A stretch of DNA of 63,927 bases, filler included, from Sphacelaria rigidula (lineage: Eukaryota), in assembly GCA_964200075.2 (NCBI GenBank). It is 10 parts of 10 records of this genome, joined end to end, with 100 filler letters (N's around TTAATTAATTAA, not from the genome) between each part and the next. Parts side by side here need not be neighbours in the genome. Positions count along the whole stretch, not along the records: positions 44,822 to 51,123 come from CAXNAA020020913.1; positions 51,224 to 57,525 come from CAXNAA020020914.1; positions 57,626 to 63,927 come from CAXNAA020020915.1; 7 more parts are not named here. One strand, written 5' to 3'. The notes under the pieces were generated by a model. The model was not told where the DNA came from. It saw only the letters and a list, made by a program, of their open reading frames with translations, and made no database searches. The translations under genes were made by a program, and so were the position numbers. Below, piece by piece: positions 46,351-59,444 of this stretch (the first letter of the stretch is position 1; the number at the start of each line of letters is the position of its first letter).

Positions 46351-48589
46351 CAGAAGCAGCGGCAACATCAGCAGGAAAAATCTCGCCAGGAATTCTCGCC
46401 ATGATAATGCCACAGCAGGAAATATCGGTCCTACCGACAAAAGCGGTCAAGTGGCGAACAACACGGCCACCAACTGTAGCAACGGCAACAAAAACAAGAG
46501 CGGCAGCAGCAGCAGCAGCAGCAGCAGCATCAACAATAGCGAAGACGTACTGACAAACCTTGCCTGCATGGCTTTCGTCACGGCTCTCGGCGCTGCGGCA
46601 GCAACCACCACGACCACAGCCTTCGACCACCGCCTTTTGGTGGCCGGCTTGATAGTCCCCGTGGGTGGCTTGATTTACATGGCCGAGCAGGACAAGGCAC
46701 TGCTCCGCAGCTCCTGGCGACAACACCAGAAACACCTTTCACCGCCGCACTCAACGTCCGCCGCGCGGGACCCATCCTCCCCCGCAAGCAACACTAGTGA
46801 TGACCTTCATATCGTTCGGCGTACCCCCTCCGTCCCCGCGGCGGTCGAGCTTCCAGCGCGAGCGGTGGGTGAGGAGACGGACGAGCAAGACAACGAACAA
46901 GAGGAAATGCCGGCGCTTCTAGCGGGGGCGGTAAATCGCGGCTCCCGGGCAGCAGTTAGACCAGCGGGAGATGCTGTAGTCTCTCGCGATCCATCGCACC
47001 ACCGTTCGCAAGAACGAGAGCAGCAGCAACAACAGTCACAGAACGAACAACCGTCCCCTGCTGCTGCCGTCGCCGGCACAACCGCGGAACAAGTTATCGA
47101 GAACAGAATCCGTGATGGGTACGCGGAGCGCATTCGTCAGCTCAATATTGACTTGAAAGATTCGAGGGCCGAGTGCGCGGCGGCCAGACAACGTGAGATC
47201 CAGACGCAAGTGGAGGCGCAAAATGAGACCCGCCGCTTGGCAGCCCAGCACCAGGAACAGCTGCGGGAGGTGAACGAGAGACGGTCGGCAGCCGTGGCGG
47301 CCGCCGCCAAGGTAGACGGGGCGGCAGCGGCGCTTGTGGCCGCCTCGGCAGAGCGCGTGCGGGCGGCGGAGGAAAAGGCAGAGGCGGCCTGTGCTGCGCG
47401 TGCCGAGGAACACCGTGTCTTGTCTTCCCCCTCTGGTTTCGGTTCTCAGTCAGTTTCGGCTTCAAGAAAGAGCTTGGTGCCGGCGGCCGCGGTCGCCGAT
47501 ACTGCGGCTGCCTCTAAGTGTGAGAGACCGCCCGCGACGCAAGCCTTGAGTGCAAGCGAACAAGGTGCGGTATCGGGAACTGACGCTATTCTACTGGGTA
47601 GTGGCGATTGTGGTGTCGACGGCGAGGGTGCAGTGATCGGCGCTTCGGAAGAGGAGGCGAAGGCGTGTCGTGCGGAGGGGAAAGAAGCGCACGCAGACAC
47701 GGGAGCGCCCACGGAGGGTGAGCCTGTAGGTGCTCTTGCTTCCGGATTGTCCAAAACGGCACTCGATATGAGGAACGTAGCCTTAAAGTTGCGCGAGAGA
47801 ACGGAGAAGGAGAAGGACTTCACGGCCGGCAAGTTCAAAGGCCCCACACGCGTCGCCGGGGAAGATGATGTCTTGGCGCACAAACACACGACTGCAGCGG
47901 GGGATGACAAGCTAGAAAACGCGGCGTCTCGCAAGGTGGACCTCGAGAACAAGGATGCCCCTGAGATGTCGTTCCCGCAAGTGGGATTGCTTCTTGGGGC
48001 AACGAACACTTCTTCGAGCCTTCAGACCGGCATAGAGACGAGGCGAAATGCTGGTATAGTTATGTCTACGAATAACGCCTCCTCGTCGTCTGTTGACGCT
48101 TTAGACGTATGTGAAAACAGCGATGGGCACGGGAGGAGCGGAGGAGGTGAAGCTGGGGATGACGGCGGCGTAGCGGTTGCGGTAGACTCTGAGGGTGTAA
48201 AGCAGGAGAGGCGGGATGAAGAGGTAGGCGATGCTGGTGACCCTTCTGTCGGCCTTAGCGAGGAGAACGTGGACGGCGATTTTCGTAGTGTTGGCGAGAA
48301 GCCACGGTCGGCGGGGGCAAGCGACCAACCGACCCAGCAGGAACAGATGCAAAAGGAGCAACAGCAAGAACAGCGGCGTGCATCGCAAGAATCACTCCTG
48401 CGGTTCCAGCTCAAGGACCTCGAGGCTGCCAACATAGAGCTTACGCTGAGGTACGAGGAACTGCGGGTGAGCTCCGACGAAAAGTGCGAACTTCTGGAGG
48501 TCGAGACCACCAAGCTGAGAAGTGCGAATGATAACTTGAAAGAGAGTGTTGCGTTGCTGGAAACCCGGTGCGGCTTGCTGAGGGCCAAG
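46351..48589 (+). CDS. Large exon of an uncharacterised low-complexity coiled-coil protein with an N-proximal hydrophobic segment
   Basis: 2.3-kb open frame; CTCATTTCAG acceptor; AAG|GTGAGC donor (phase 0). Heptad-like stretches ERIRQLNIDLKDSRAE and LRFQLKDLEAANIELTLRYEEL. Confidence 0.8.
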
Positions 48590-49202
48590 GTGAGCCGTGA
48601 CAAACTTTGAAGGTGTGCGCGGATGCGGTCGTCCGGAAACCGGACGTAGTGATGCTTTCCATGCCTTTATTGTTGGGTCATTTGCCACTCGTGCTCGAGA
48701 CTACGGGTCTGAGAGGGTGAGGGGGGGGGCTGGAGCAGAGACTATTCGAAGGCTTGATTTCCTTGTCATGACCGCAAAAATTGATCACAAGCCGATTTCA
48801 GGTTCCGTTGTTTTGAACCTAAAAGGCTCACGTCGAGCGGACATGATCTGTAAAATTGTGAAGTCGATGCAATCGGAAAAATACCGCATGTCGAAACCTT
48901 GATTTCTGTTTCAAGAAGGATTGAACTCACGAGAGTGCTTGCGCAGATATCTTTGTGTAGTATCTTGTCCAAGAAAACAGTGTATAGCGTTTGGTCAGCT
49001 AAAAGAGCTCATTATCCAAGACCGTAGTACGCTGACTCTTGAGTTTCCCACAAAATCAGAAAGTACATTCGGTAAGTATGAAGAACGCACAAGTTGAAAG
49101 AGCGCAAGAGATGATGGACGGCACACTAACCTGTCGTCCTCCTCCGCCGCTGCCACCGTTATCCCCTGTTCTACCTGCTTTCACCGCTAACCAACGGTGC
49201 AG

Positions 49203-50832
49203 GTCGAAGCGGAGCGGCAAAACGTGAAAAATCTCGAGATTGATCGCGAAAATCTCATGCGCGTGACGAATCAGCTACGGGCAGACCTCCTCGCGGTGTC
49301 TTCGCCGTCCCCTGCTTCCACCGCTTCCTCTGCCGCTGCCACCGATGCCCCCGATGGCTGTGTGCCGTTGCCCGACAATGCTCTTCGTGAGACAGCTCCT
49401 CGCGATTTCCCAGCGGTTCTCAAGGGAGACACAGCGGCGGACGGGGGCCCCTCGGGAAGTGATGACCAGCTGTCTGTCGCAGAGCACTCGCCAGCGGTCC
49501 TCGAGAAGGACAAGGGAGAACATACCGAGAAAGGCCTTCCGACGCCCTCACCCGCTGCGGAGGGACCCTCCACCGCAGAGACCCCAGTGTCAGTGCCCGA
49601 CAATGCTCTTCGTGAGACGACCCCTCGCGACCCCCCAGTAGTTCTCGAGGGAGACACAGCGGAGGACGGGAGGGCTCCGGGAAGTGATGACCCGCTGTCT
49701 GTCGCAGAACACGCGCCAGCGGTCCCCGGAAAGGACAAAGAAGAACATACCGAGAAGGGCCTTCCGACGCCCCCACCCGCTGCGGAGGCACCCTCCACTG
49801 CGGAGACACCAGTGCCAGTGCCCGACAATGTTCTTCGTGAGACGACCCCTCGCGACCCCCCAGCGGTTCTCGAGGAAGACACAGCGGCGGACGGGGGGGG
49901 TCCGGGAAGTGACGACCAGCTGTCTGTCGCAGAAGACTCGTCAGCGGTCCTTGAGAAAGACAAAGGAGAACATACCGAAAAAACCCTTCCGGCGGCCCCA
50001 CCCGCCGCGGACGCACTATCCACCGCGGAGGCACCAGTGCAATTGCCCGACAACGTTCTTCGTGAGACGGCCCCTCGCGATCCCCCAGCGGTTCTCGAGG
50101 GAACCATAGCGGCGGACGGGAGGGCTCCGGGAAGTGATGACCAGCTGTCTGTCGCAGAAGACTCGTCAGCGGTCCTTGAGAAAGACAGCGGAGAAGAACC
50201 CGAGGAAAGCCTTTCGACGCCCCAAGCCGCCGTAGGGGCGCTCTCCACCGCGGAGGCACCAGCACTCGTCGGACTCTACCGTCGCCCCCGCTCCAAGTCG
50301 CGCCTGATGGGACTGCTCCCCCCGGGTTCGAGGGAAGGAAACGCTGAGCAAGCCGCGCCTATCCGGCCCACTCTTGTGGCGGCGCTCTCGCCCGATACAT
50401 CGTCGGAATCGGGCGGCGGCGTGGACGATATGTTCGCACGGGCTGCGGAGGGGGTAAACTTGAAGGGCGCGGAGCTTGACGGTGATGGTTCTGGATTTTC
50501 ATCTGCTTGTTTGGGTGGTTCGATTCCGGAGGAAAGGGAAGCGGGGAGAAAGAGTGACGAGTCGAATCGTGAGCAGGCGGTGTCCATTGGAGGTGGCGAT
50601 GGCGTGTCTGCGGGTGCTGGAGGTGTTGCAGGTGGGGATGGGTTGGCCGGGAGAAAGAGACCGGCGGCGTCAGAGTCGGAGGAGGCTACGGCGGCTGGGG
50701 ACAGGAAGAGACCGGCGGCGGGGAAAGGAGGGGAGGGGAAGACGGAGGGTGCCGCGATGATTGCGTGTGTGGATGCGGAATTGGAGGGACAGGCGGCGGC
50801 AGTGACGGAGAGGGCTGGAGCTAACGAATGGG
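49203..50832 (+). CDS. Next exon of the same gene, containing 4x75-aa repeats
   Basis: GCTAAC branch point and TGCAG acceptor (phase 0); the coiled coil continues as VEAERQNVKNLEIDRENLMRVTNQLRADL. GTACGT donor at 50833. Confidence 0.82.
49362..50262 (+). repeat. Coding tandem repeat, 4 x 225 bp
   Basis: CCCGACAA.G..CTTCGTGAGAC at 49371, 49596, 49821 and 50046. Confidence 0.95.
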
Positions 50833-51223
50833 GTACGTATACATATACTAATCTGAATGGTGGGAAAATTCTGGTGTTTGGTTGTTGGTACCGTTATTGC
50901 TAAATCGATGTCGTAGTTGTGGCTTCCCCACGCGCCCCCGCCCCTGCCCCAGGTAGAAATCGTCCACGGTTAGGACGAATCATCACGACTACGAGTCACC
51001 AAATCCACGATTTCTTCGGCCTGATGCCCAAAATGGAAAAAAAAGTTGACCGCTGGTCCAAGGGGGTATCCACGCAACTTTTGCGCCATTCTATGTGTCT
51101 GGGCTGCGTGTACCTGGGTTGCANNNNNNNNNNNNNNNNNNNNNNNNNNNNNNNNNNNNNNNNNNNNTTAATTAATTAANNNNNNNNNNNNNNNNNNNNN
51201 NNNNNNNNNNNNNNNNNNNNNNN

Positions 51224-51320
51224 CGCATATTTTCATAAGTCGTGTTTTGGATGAGATAAGGGGCTCCTAACAGTTCTATCCCCAGAATTGTTTTTCTGTA
51301 CCCCTACTGTAGCATCACTC
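51224..51320. mobile_element. MITE family E, partial and inverted
   Basis: TTTTGGATGAGATAAGGGGCTCCTAAC...ACCCCTACTGTAGCATCACTC. Confidence 0.7.
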
Positions 51321-52833
51321 TGCTTCGTCGACGGGAGCTAGTGTAGTGGAGCGTGTGTGCATGAGGGCGTGGCGTTTCCGACTACTGTTGGACGGGTGAA
51401 CTTGCGATTCCTCTGCACAGATATGCAATGTTCGCTGTATATGCAATGTTCGCTGTTTGCATCATGATGTGCACACAAGTCAAGCTGTGATGCGACATAA
51501 CGCGACCTCTCTGCTACTGCGGTAACCTTTCGTTGACGTATTCGCCCGACTGACCCGCGCCTGACGGACCCAGCAAATCCCAGATTCGTGGGGACAATGT
51601 TCCGGTGAATGTGCGTGTGTCGGGTGCGTGTGGTCGGGAGGTTTTGACGTTTTTTGGGGAGAGAAAATGTGTCCTATGCTCGGCACGTGTTCGTCGCCGG
51701 CGTGATGCTGTGCACGCAGACAAGGCTGTGTGCGTGCGCATTCCACGGATCGCCACGACGTACGCAGTAGGATATGCGTGGTGTACCGCTATGCTCTTCG
51801 CCCAAGTAGAGATGTCAAGAGAACTGTACATAGACAGGCGGGTTACGAGGAAGTCTACAACAAAAGGGTGGAGTCTAGGCAGTGTACACATCTGCTGTAC
51901 CTCCTGCTGCTGTATTCGTCTCCTGTATCCCGCAGCTGCATGCCTACACGTTCGCTCTCCCCTCGCCACAATCCTTTCTTGACCCTCGGGCCTCAACGGC
52001 GAATCTATGTCGCCGTGGCGAGAGAGATATGTCGACTTCAGACCTCATACCCACACAGAGTCGTGCATCGTCAAAAGCAAAAAAAACAGAGAACAAACAC
52101 CAACCCACACTATTCTCAAGTGGTGCGACGGGCCATAAATCTGTGAACATATAATGAAGATTAATCAAATAATCACGAATCTGAGAATGAATAAATACAA
52201 TACAATACAATACAATACCATCTCTTGACCGGGCTCAAACGTCACTTAGGCATCTTTGAAGTGGACGGCAATAGTGAAGGTATCACGTATCCACCATAGA
52301 AGTGGTCTCAGTCGAGGAACATCGGCACGTAAACGGACACGCTGTGATATTCATGAAAAGCCGATCATGCGTGAAATCGAGCGAGTCTTGTTGTCATGTG
52401 CGTGGCAATAGCGTGCAAAGTATACAAGCTTCGAAAGTGTGCGCAATCTTACTCCATGGGGCGTGTATGGCGACGATGCAATGAAAATAGTCAGAGTTCT
52501 TCACCTCCCTGGAAAGACGGCAGAGCCACATTTTCGTGTAAGATGCCGCTATATATATATATATATATTGCTGTAGTGATGGGCGTAGCAATACAAGCAT
52601 GTCGATGAATAGCTACTGACGGAGTCTGCGAGCTGCGGCACTCATAGCCTGTCGACGGGAGGAAACGTTTACGGTGACCGCCCGACCTGACACCTATTTT
52701 TGGGTCGCATGATTGAACCGTTGGCATGCCATTGTTGGTTGACCTTCACGGCTGTGTCGAATGAGAAGAGGTCCCCGTCACGACCCCTCGAGCAGCTACT
52801 TCTGTTCGAAATCTTGTAGACAACATATCGCGC

Positions 52834-53151
52834 CGGGCACCGGTCGCCCCCCTGTCTCAGTTGGTAACCTCGAAACCCTCTGACGGTTGGGTCGTGGGTT
52901 CGAATCTCGATGCGACCTGATATATATTCTCACACAATGCCCAACAGTGGAGAGCGACTATGTCGTTGATACATTACGAACTGCTGAATCGCTCCCGCAA
53001 CAAAAAAATATAGGCAAGGACCGCAGAAGGAAGGTAGAGAACGAACACATATAAAAAGAAAAACCCCTGTGTTGGCCTTCCTCTTGTCCGACCCCGTCGG
53101 GTGCGCGACATATACCGAAAGGTGCAGATGGGCGTCCAGAATAGATGGGAT
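52834..53151 (+). mobile_element. SINE family A with a 15-bp TSD
   Basis: tRNA-like head CTCAGTTGGTAACC..GGTTCGAATC; GACAACATATCGCGC at 52819-52833 and 53152-53166. Confidence 0.9.
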
Positions 53152-54589
53152 GACAACATATCGCGCTCAGGCCGCGGGTGTGATGGTCTCTCTTTCCGCT
53201 GTCTGGGAGCTCAAGCTACATCTGAGGCATGTGATGGATACCAGATGCCCCGTGGGTGTTGTGTGTCCCTGTGTGCGTCCCGTTGTCCTTCTGGCTCGTG
53301 TTCCCGACAAGGTGCAGGTTCGAACGAACAGTAGCTGCAACGCAATATATGATCACCAACAGCAGCATCCGATATAGCGTAGACCGTATATCCGCCTCCC
53401 TGCTCCAGCATGAACAGAGTGCAATGGCGTGGTACCGGTGGCAGACGTCTCAAGGACGGCCCGAAGCTGATTTGGCCATTGACGTAAATTAAGATGATCT
53501 CCCACGTGTCCGTTGATCAACTTTCAGATTTCGCAAAAGCTTGGGGTTCAAAACACGTGTTCGATTGATACGTCGAAGTAAGAGCGCACTGCAGTGTTAG
53601 CTATGCTACTCTGAGCCCGAAAAGCGTTCGGGCTGTTCGACGACACCATACCGAGCAGAGACAAGTAATCTATTCTTCCTATTTCTTCTGGAATGTTCCG
53701 CCCGGGTACGCTTGCTTTTAGAGTCCAACGTCTTCACGGGTGAGTCGCGCGTTCAGACGACGCCCTTCCAGCTCACGCACGACACACTCCTCCCCACCAT
53801 CCACCTACACCCTATAGCACTGGCCGTGTCCTAGTGCTTTGAACCCGTACCCTCAACACCTGAAATATATATATACACATTCCGGATTAGTGTGCTGACC
53901 GTGAGATTTTCCCGGAAAGTGACGAGCGCTGTATAATGCATTTGGGTTCGAAGCACCCAATGCATCAATCAGTACTCAAATCGTGTACGTAGCCGTCGAG
54001 AACGGGCCGGAAAAGGTCGAACCCTCGATGGAGTGTCCTCAGCCAGCCCCCGTCCCCAATAATTGCCAGTGAAAAATAAGCACGGCGGAGGCTGGAGGAG
54101 AAACGTCGGACGAGAGGTGTGATCAGGAGTACCTTTGTTTCGGTGCAGGCGTATGTCCATGTGTAATGCACTCCCTCATACCATGTTTTGGGAAAAGCGC
54201 CACCATTTTTGTACCTAGCTGCACAGGCCACCCTAAGGTAAGAAGCACGGCTTGTACTGTACTGAAACTACAGCATCGTGGTGACTGAAGTATGCTCTCA
54301 TCTTGGTCTTTTGTGCTGACTACATCGGTACCGCCATGTACGCCGTACTGTCTGTACGGCCTCCGTCCTCTGCGACTAGAGTTTATACCTCGGGAATACT
54401 CGGAATAGTGTCTCTCACCTCAGGATCGGTCACATCTTGCATCGGGATAGTTATCACTGGAAAAAAAAGCGAAACACCTAGACGATCTACCCTCGCGGTC
54501 GAAGGGTTTCACTTTCAAACTGGTGCAGGAAAAGGGCTCTCTCCGGGGATTTTGACTCAGCAAGTGAGTGTACGGCGCAGATCGTCCAC

Positions 54590-55015
54590 CCTGGCGATCA
54601 AGAGTCGCTTTTTTTACAGCTGGCAGGGGGAAAGAGGTAGCGCTCTCGAATTGAGTAATCCGATACTTGGTGATACCCATAGACGAACGGAAGGAACGCA
54701 GGGTGGAGGGCAAAAGAAGACAACGATATACTGTACTGTACTGTGCTGTGCGGTTTACTTTGCGGCTTTGTCAAACTATACAGACAACAATCACTCTCAG
54801 GGTACGGGTCATTCGTGGAGCATGGGCGTAATTTTTTTAAAATGAATGCAAGATAGAGATAACGGTCCAAGGGTTTCGTTTTGCAACTTGCTGGCAGCAG
54901 GAAGAGGTGGCGTCCTCGAAGGGTTTGGTGTCATCTGATCCTTGGTGATACCCATAGACAAAGGGAACGAATGCAGCGGGGAAGAGAGAGAAGACAGTAC
55001 CATACTGTACTATAC
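54590..55015. repeat. Diverged local duplication, ~275-bp period
   Basis: CTTGGTGATACCCATAGAC at ~54666 and ~54941, each preceded by GCTGGCAG..AAGAGGT.GCG..CTCGAA and followed by GAAGACA..ATACTGTACT. Confidence 0.7.
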
Positions 55016-55306
55016 AGGATTGCACTGCGATATCGAGCATTGTTGATCGGCGTTGTCGCGACTTTGGCAGTCACCCCCAGGGTGGGTAATCTGTGTTGCA
55101 TCGGCAAATGTTTGACGTGAAAATGAAGGATGACCAGGCCGTTCGGGCGATGCAATGCGACAGGGAGGTGTACGTGTCATGGGTGCAGAAAGCCTTCTGC
55201 GTCTTTTTTTCGACCGATCGGGAGGGTCACCCCCATTCAATTGGCTTGCGGGATTGTTTTGAAAACGATTCTAGGCTGAATCAGGATAGCTAACTGTCGC
55301 TAGAGC

Positions 55307-55685
55307 GTGTGTGTGTGTGTGTGAGTGTGTGTGTTTTGTCGTCCCATCTATTCTGGACGCTGGTTCACTCCTTCCGGTATATGTGGGCGCACCAGGTGGT
55401 GTTACACAGGAGGAAGGTCAACACAGGAGTTTTTATTTTCTGTTCGTTCTTAGTACTCCGACTTCCCTCTGCGGTGCTTGTCTTTCATTTTTTTTTTCAA
55501 TGCGAGAGGGGTTCGGCAATTCCTTTCCCTCGTCGACCGTCAAGTCGAATTTTGTGTTTTCACGACGTAGCCGCTCTCCACTGTTGGGTATGGTGGGAGA
55601 AAATATCCTAGATCGCTCCGAGATTTGAACCCACGATCTAACCGTCAGAAGGTTTCGAGGTTACCAACTGAGCCACCGGGGCGGG
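55307..55685 (-). mobile_element. SINE family A, full length, (CA)n tail
   Basis: Colinear with 836-1189; (TG)n at 55307-55333. Confidence 0.88.
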
Positions 55686-58014
55686 GCGGCCAGCAAGATC
55701 CAAAGTACGGTACATGTATGCACGTCTGTTCTCACCGTACTTTCTAGATGTTTGGGGATCGACCCATATTCCCTCATTATCGTGCCACGTACACTGCTCC
55801 TCGTGTCAATAGCTAGACCAGCGCGGACCTCGGACAGGAGCGAAGTTGTTCATTTTGTAGCGGGAAGAAAGACGATGACGTTGTTCGATTCGCTGGACTT
55901 CTAGGAACGTCTTGTAGCCTTACCCTTGGGTTGGATGTGGAGTACAGCACAGGTGGAATGTGCTAGTGACGAGGGGGAAGCTTATGCACAAGTGCAATTG
56001 TGTTTGTCGTGCACATGCCTTGCGTGCTTACTCAGCGGTCTATGCTCTGAAACTAGTCAAGGGTTACATCGAGTCCTTCCTACTTGACGAAGAGTTGCAT
56101 AGTAAAGTTGTTGCCTCCCGATCATTAGCAGGCTCGAATATTGGGGTCGGATGTCCAAGGAAAACCATTACTTGAAGGTCTATATGAATGTCCACCCCAA
56201 CCAGACTGGCTATGTTGTTTCGCGCGATCCTTTCTCGTCAGACATAGTGTAGTTATCTATGGGGTGTTGCTGTCTTGTTTGGAGTAGGAGAGCAGCGCCG
56301 CTGGGTGGGCATGGTCTTGACTCGATCCAACACTGAAGGTGCGGCTTGTACTTTTGTCACTCCGATAAGAGTTGTTTGCAAAGGACAAGCAGCGTGGTTT
56401 GCGGTGCGCTCGGGGCGTGAGAACGGGGTGGCGTTGCAAACCCCGTTCAAGAAACATAAACCCGCATAGCCTGAGAATGACGACCCATTACTCATGGCAT
56501 GATTATGAATATCTAATAGGTTCCCAAGTCGGTATTTCACACGGTTCAAACAGACACTTTCAACATCTATTGCTCGAAAATACTGCTTCGATCTGCAGAG
56601 TGTCGCAGGGTTGTCCTCGAGTACGGTGTTTGGAGAAGGACGGTACGGTACGATACAGTACCTGATCTTGGCGGTATGACTGCGGCACAGAGTGTGCGGT
56701 GCGGCACGGGGTGGTGTTGTATCCACTTGGTTCAGCTCGGAGCACAGCATGTAGTTCTCCGGAACTGCAGTGCCTTATGTTACGGGGCTGAAGCGATAAA
56801 TGCACCTGCAGCGATATATGCAGTCCTCAGCAAATCGCACTTGCAAGGTTGCTACATGCATTCATGTACATCTTGTAGGTCGGACGATTGGTTGATCAAT
56901 CCCAACTTTGGTAGTCATCGCGGAGGTGCAGGAAGGGACTCAGAAATCGACGACCTCCGCAAAGTAGGAACGGCACGATTGACGGCTCCTTTGTGGTGCC
57001 ACTTTTCCAGCAAGCACCGTCCGAGGACTCGAGGTGAACTTGAAATAAGGAATGACAAAATAACCCTACCCATTCCGAGGGGCCCCATATCGGGAAATCC
57101 ATGCACCCCCCCCCCCCCCCCCACCCTCACAAACCTCGTTCTGGGGTTGGACGAGGGGGGGGGGGGGACCCAATTACATGGGAGGGGTACCCCCCTGATC
57201 TCTGGATGATGACGATCGTCGTCGCTGTACTGCACCGCACGTGTTTGCCGGTGAGTGGTAGAGGTGAGTCAAAGCAAGTAGAGAAGAATATGTCCGCAGA
57301 CTCAAGGAGTGAAGATCAAAGCGCTGAGGGTACCGGCGCTGGAAATGTGCCGCAGATTCCAGGAGTATTGCAAGGGGTGAACGTGAAGTGGGCACGCACG
57401 CCTGGCACCCGGGAGTTTGCATGGATCTGCCCTTGCGGGCATAACAGTATCAATATCACCTTAAAACAGCCAATCATCTATGTTGAGGATGGTGCTTTTG
57501 ATTGAGGATGAGAACCCGGAGGATTNNNNNNNNNNNNNNNNNNNNNNNNNNNNNNNNNNNNNNNNNNNNTTAATTAATTAANNNNNNNNNNNNNNNNNNN
57601 NNNNNNNNNNNNNNNNNNNNNNNNNCACTCTCAATCGTATCATCTACTCTCAATCTCACGAAAACACTGTTTGTTTTGGGCTCGAACCTCATTTCATTGA
57701 TGAACCTCATTTTATAGAATCCTCTGTCAATCCTTGGATTGTGTGTTGATCTTCAACACATACGAGTTTCATTATCTATGCTGTCCCAGAACCCCCCTCC
57801 CTCCACCGCGCGCCTCACCTCTAGACTCTTGGGTTGGCATCGAGTGGCAACGGCGCTGTAAAACAAGCCACCAAAACCTACACAAAGGTACAGACTGTCA
57901 CCGTACATATACCGGGGACCGCCACTAGAAACACGTTCCGGACCGACATACACGACATGATGAAAAATAAACAATCCAATGGTTTCCCCCCGGAAACACA
58001 TTTTATTTATCTCA

Positions 58015-58200
58015 CCATAACTCAGCCCGGACATAGACATGAAATAAAGAAGCTAACCCTCCTTTTTATTCAACCTACTAAAACACAGCCCAGACATAGA
58101 CATGAAATAGAGAGAAAGCTAACCCTCCTTTTTATTCAACCTACTATAACATAGCCCAGACATAGACATGGAATAGAGAAGCTTACCCCCTTCTTTATTT
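58015..58200. repeat. Minisatellite, ~3 x 63-66 bp
   Basis: AGCCC.GACATAGACATG.AATA.AGAAGCT.ACCC at ~58024, 58087 and 58153. Confidence 0.9.
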
Positions 58201-58819
58201 ATGTGATGGTAAATGACTGAGTGCCTGAATTAAACTAGCTCTTTACGATTGCAGATGATCTCCACAAACGACCGGCGGGTATGAAAAGATTCTAGTCGAA
58301 TGTGTGCCTTGTAAAGTAGATATGTCAGTGGTGTGTTTTTGGATCCTTTTTGAGAAAACTGCAGACTGGTCTGCGCATTTTGGCCGTGCAACTACGCACG
58401 TTTCTCCGGGCGGTTTGATTGGCAACAGCATGGCACGTCAGGCTGATTTTGGAGTCGGATTGGTTGTATCGGATTGGCCATATGGGGCACGCGCCTGCCG
58501 AAAAAGGCTAATAAAAGGCACGCGCCACAACGAGTTGGTATGATGGCCATTGTATGCGTAGCTGGGAGCTTTTGAGGGTAAGGGTGAGCAACATCGTCCA
58601 CCAGCTCACTTGCGACCCACCTGCCAGAGAAGGACTTACCGTAGAACTAATCACAAGAAGGACCACCAGCTTTTCATCTGCTCTACGCGGCGTCTCACCT
58701 TTCTGGCCGGCAAGCCGTTCTCAAGAAGTGAGTAACGTATATCATAATCCCGTTAAATCTTTTGGGTTTTCCCAAAGACGAAAGAGCTCGGTGCTTACTT
58801 TCAATAACAGCTGTCTGCT

Positions 58820-59077
58820 GAGTGGTGCTGCGATAGGGCCAGCACTTTTACGGCCTGAGAGTAGAATTGTTAGGAACCCTTTATCTCATCCAAAACACGA
58901 CTTTCGAAATAGGTGAGAGTACGCCAGGGTTTTTCTCCTAATTTGCTAGGGATATCCCGAATGAATTTGCAAACGGGGATATCCTGAACCATATTCTTGT
59001 GTAGTTCCTATTTATAGGAACCCCTGAAATAGGCCGGTTTTGGCTCCAAAAGTGCAGACCCTATCGCAGCATCACTC
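58820..59077. mobile_element. MITE family E with GAG termini and a 4-bp flanking repeat
   Basis: GAGTGGTGCTGCGATAGGG / CCCTATCGCAGCATCACTC; TGCT on both sides. Confidence 0.8.
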
Positions 59078-59444
59078 TGCTGTTGAAGTGTGCCGTGTAC
59101 GAGAGAACCTTACAGCTTGAGTTAACGAGCCGAATACTGGATTAGTGGGTCACACTAATCTACCTTGGGGTGTGGCTTGCTCTGCTAACGAATACTTCGA
59201 CATTCATGGGGCTTCAGAAGTAGCTTGTTTCATTCAAGCAGTAGGGTTTCTCTCTCGCCATCTGCTGTGCACGCATCGGCCAACCACAAGCTTTCGTTTG
59301 TTTGTTTTTAAGTCCTGTATTTTCGGCCTTTGATTTTCACTTGATTTTGTGTACACCGTTCATCGGGTGATCAGCTGACTTTTTTTCAAAAGGCAGCTGC
59401 CTCCTTTTCTACTTCGAGTTGACGAACACTCCGACTCGGATCTA

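Noticed and set aside
49271..50265. Long antisense and alternative-frame ORFs
   Set aside because: Shadows of the GC-rich coding tandem repeat.
56300..56640. Faint tyrosine-recombinase-like pattern (LTRSNTEG...DDPLL)
   Set aside because: Catalytic R-H-R-Y residues are not seen and there are several stops; it would need an HMM search.
6304..57625. Regularly spaced TTAATTAATTAA palindromes every ~6.4 kb
   Set aside because: Artificial contig linker inside N runs; not biological.
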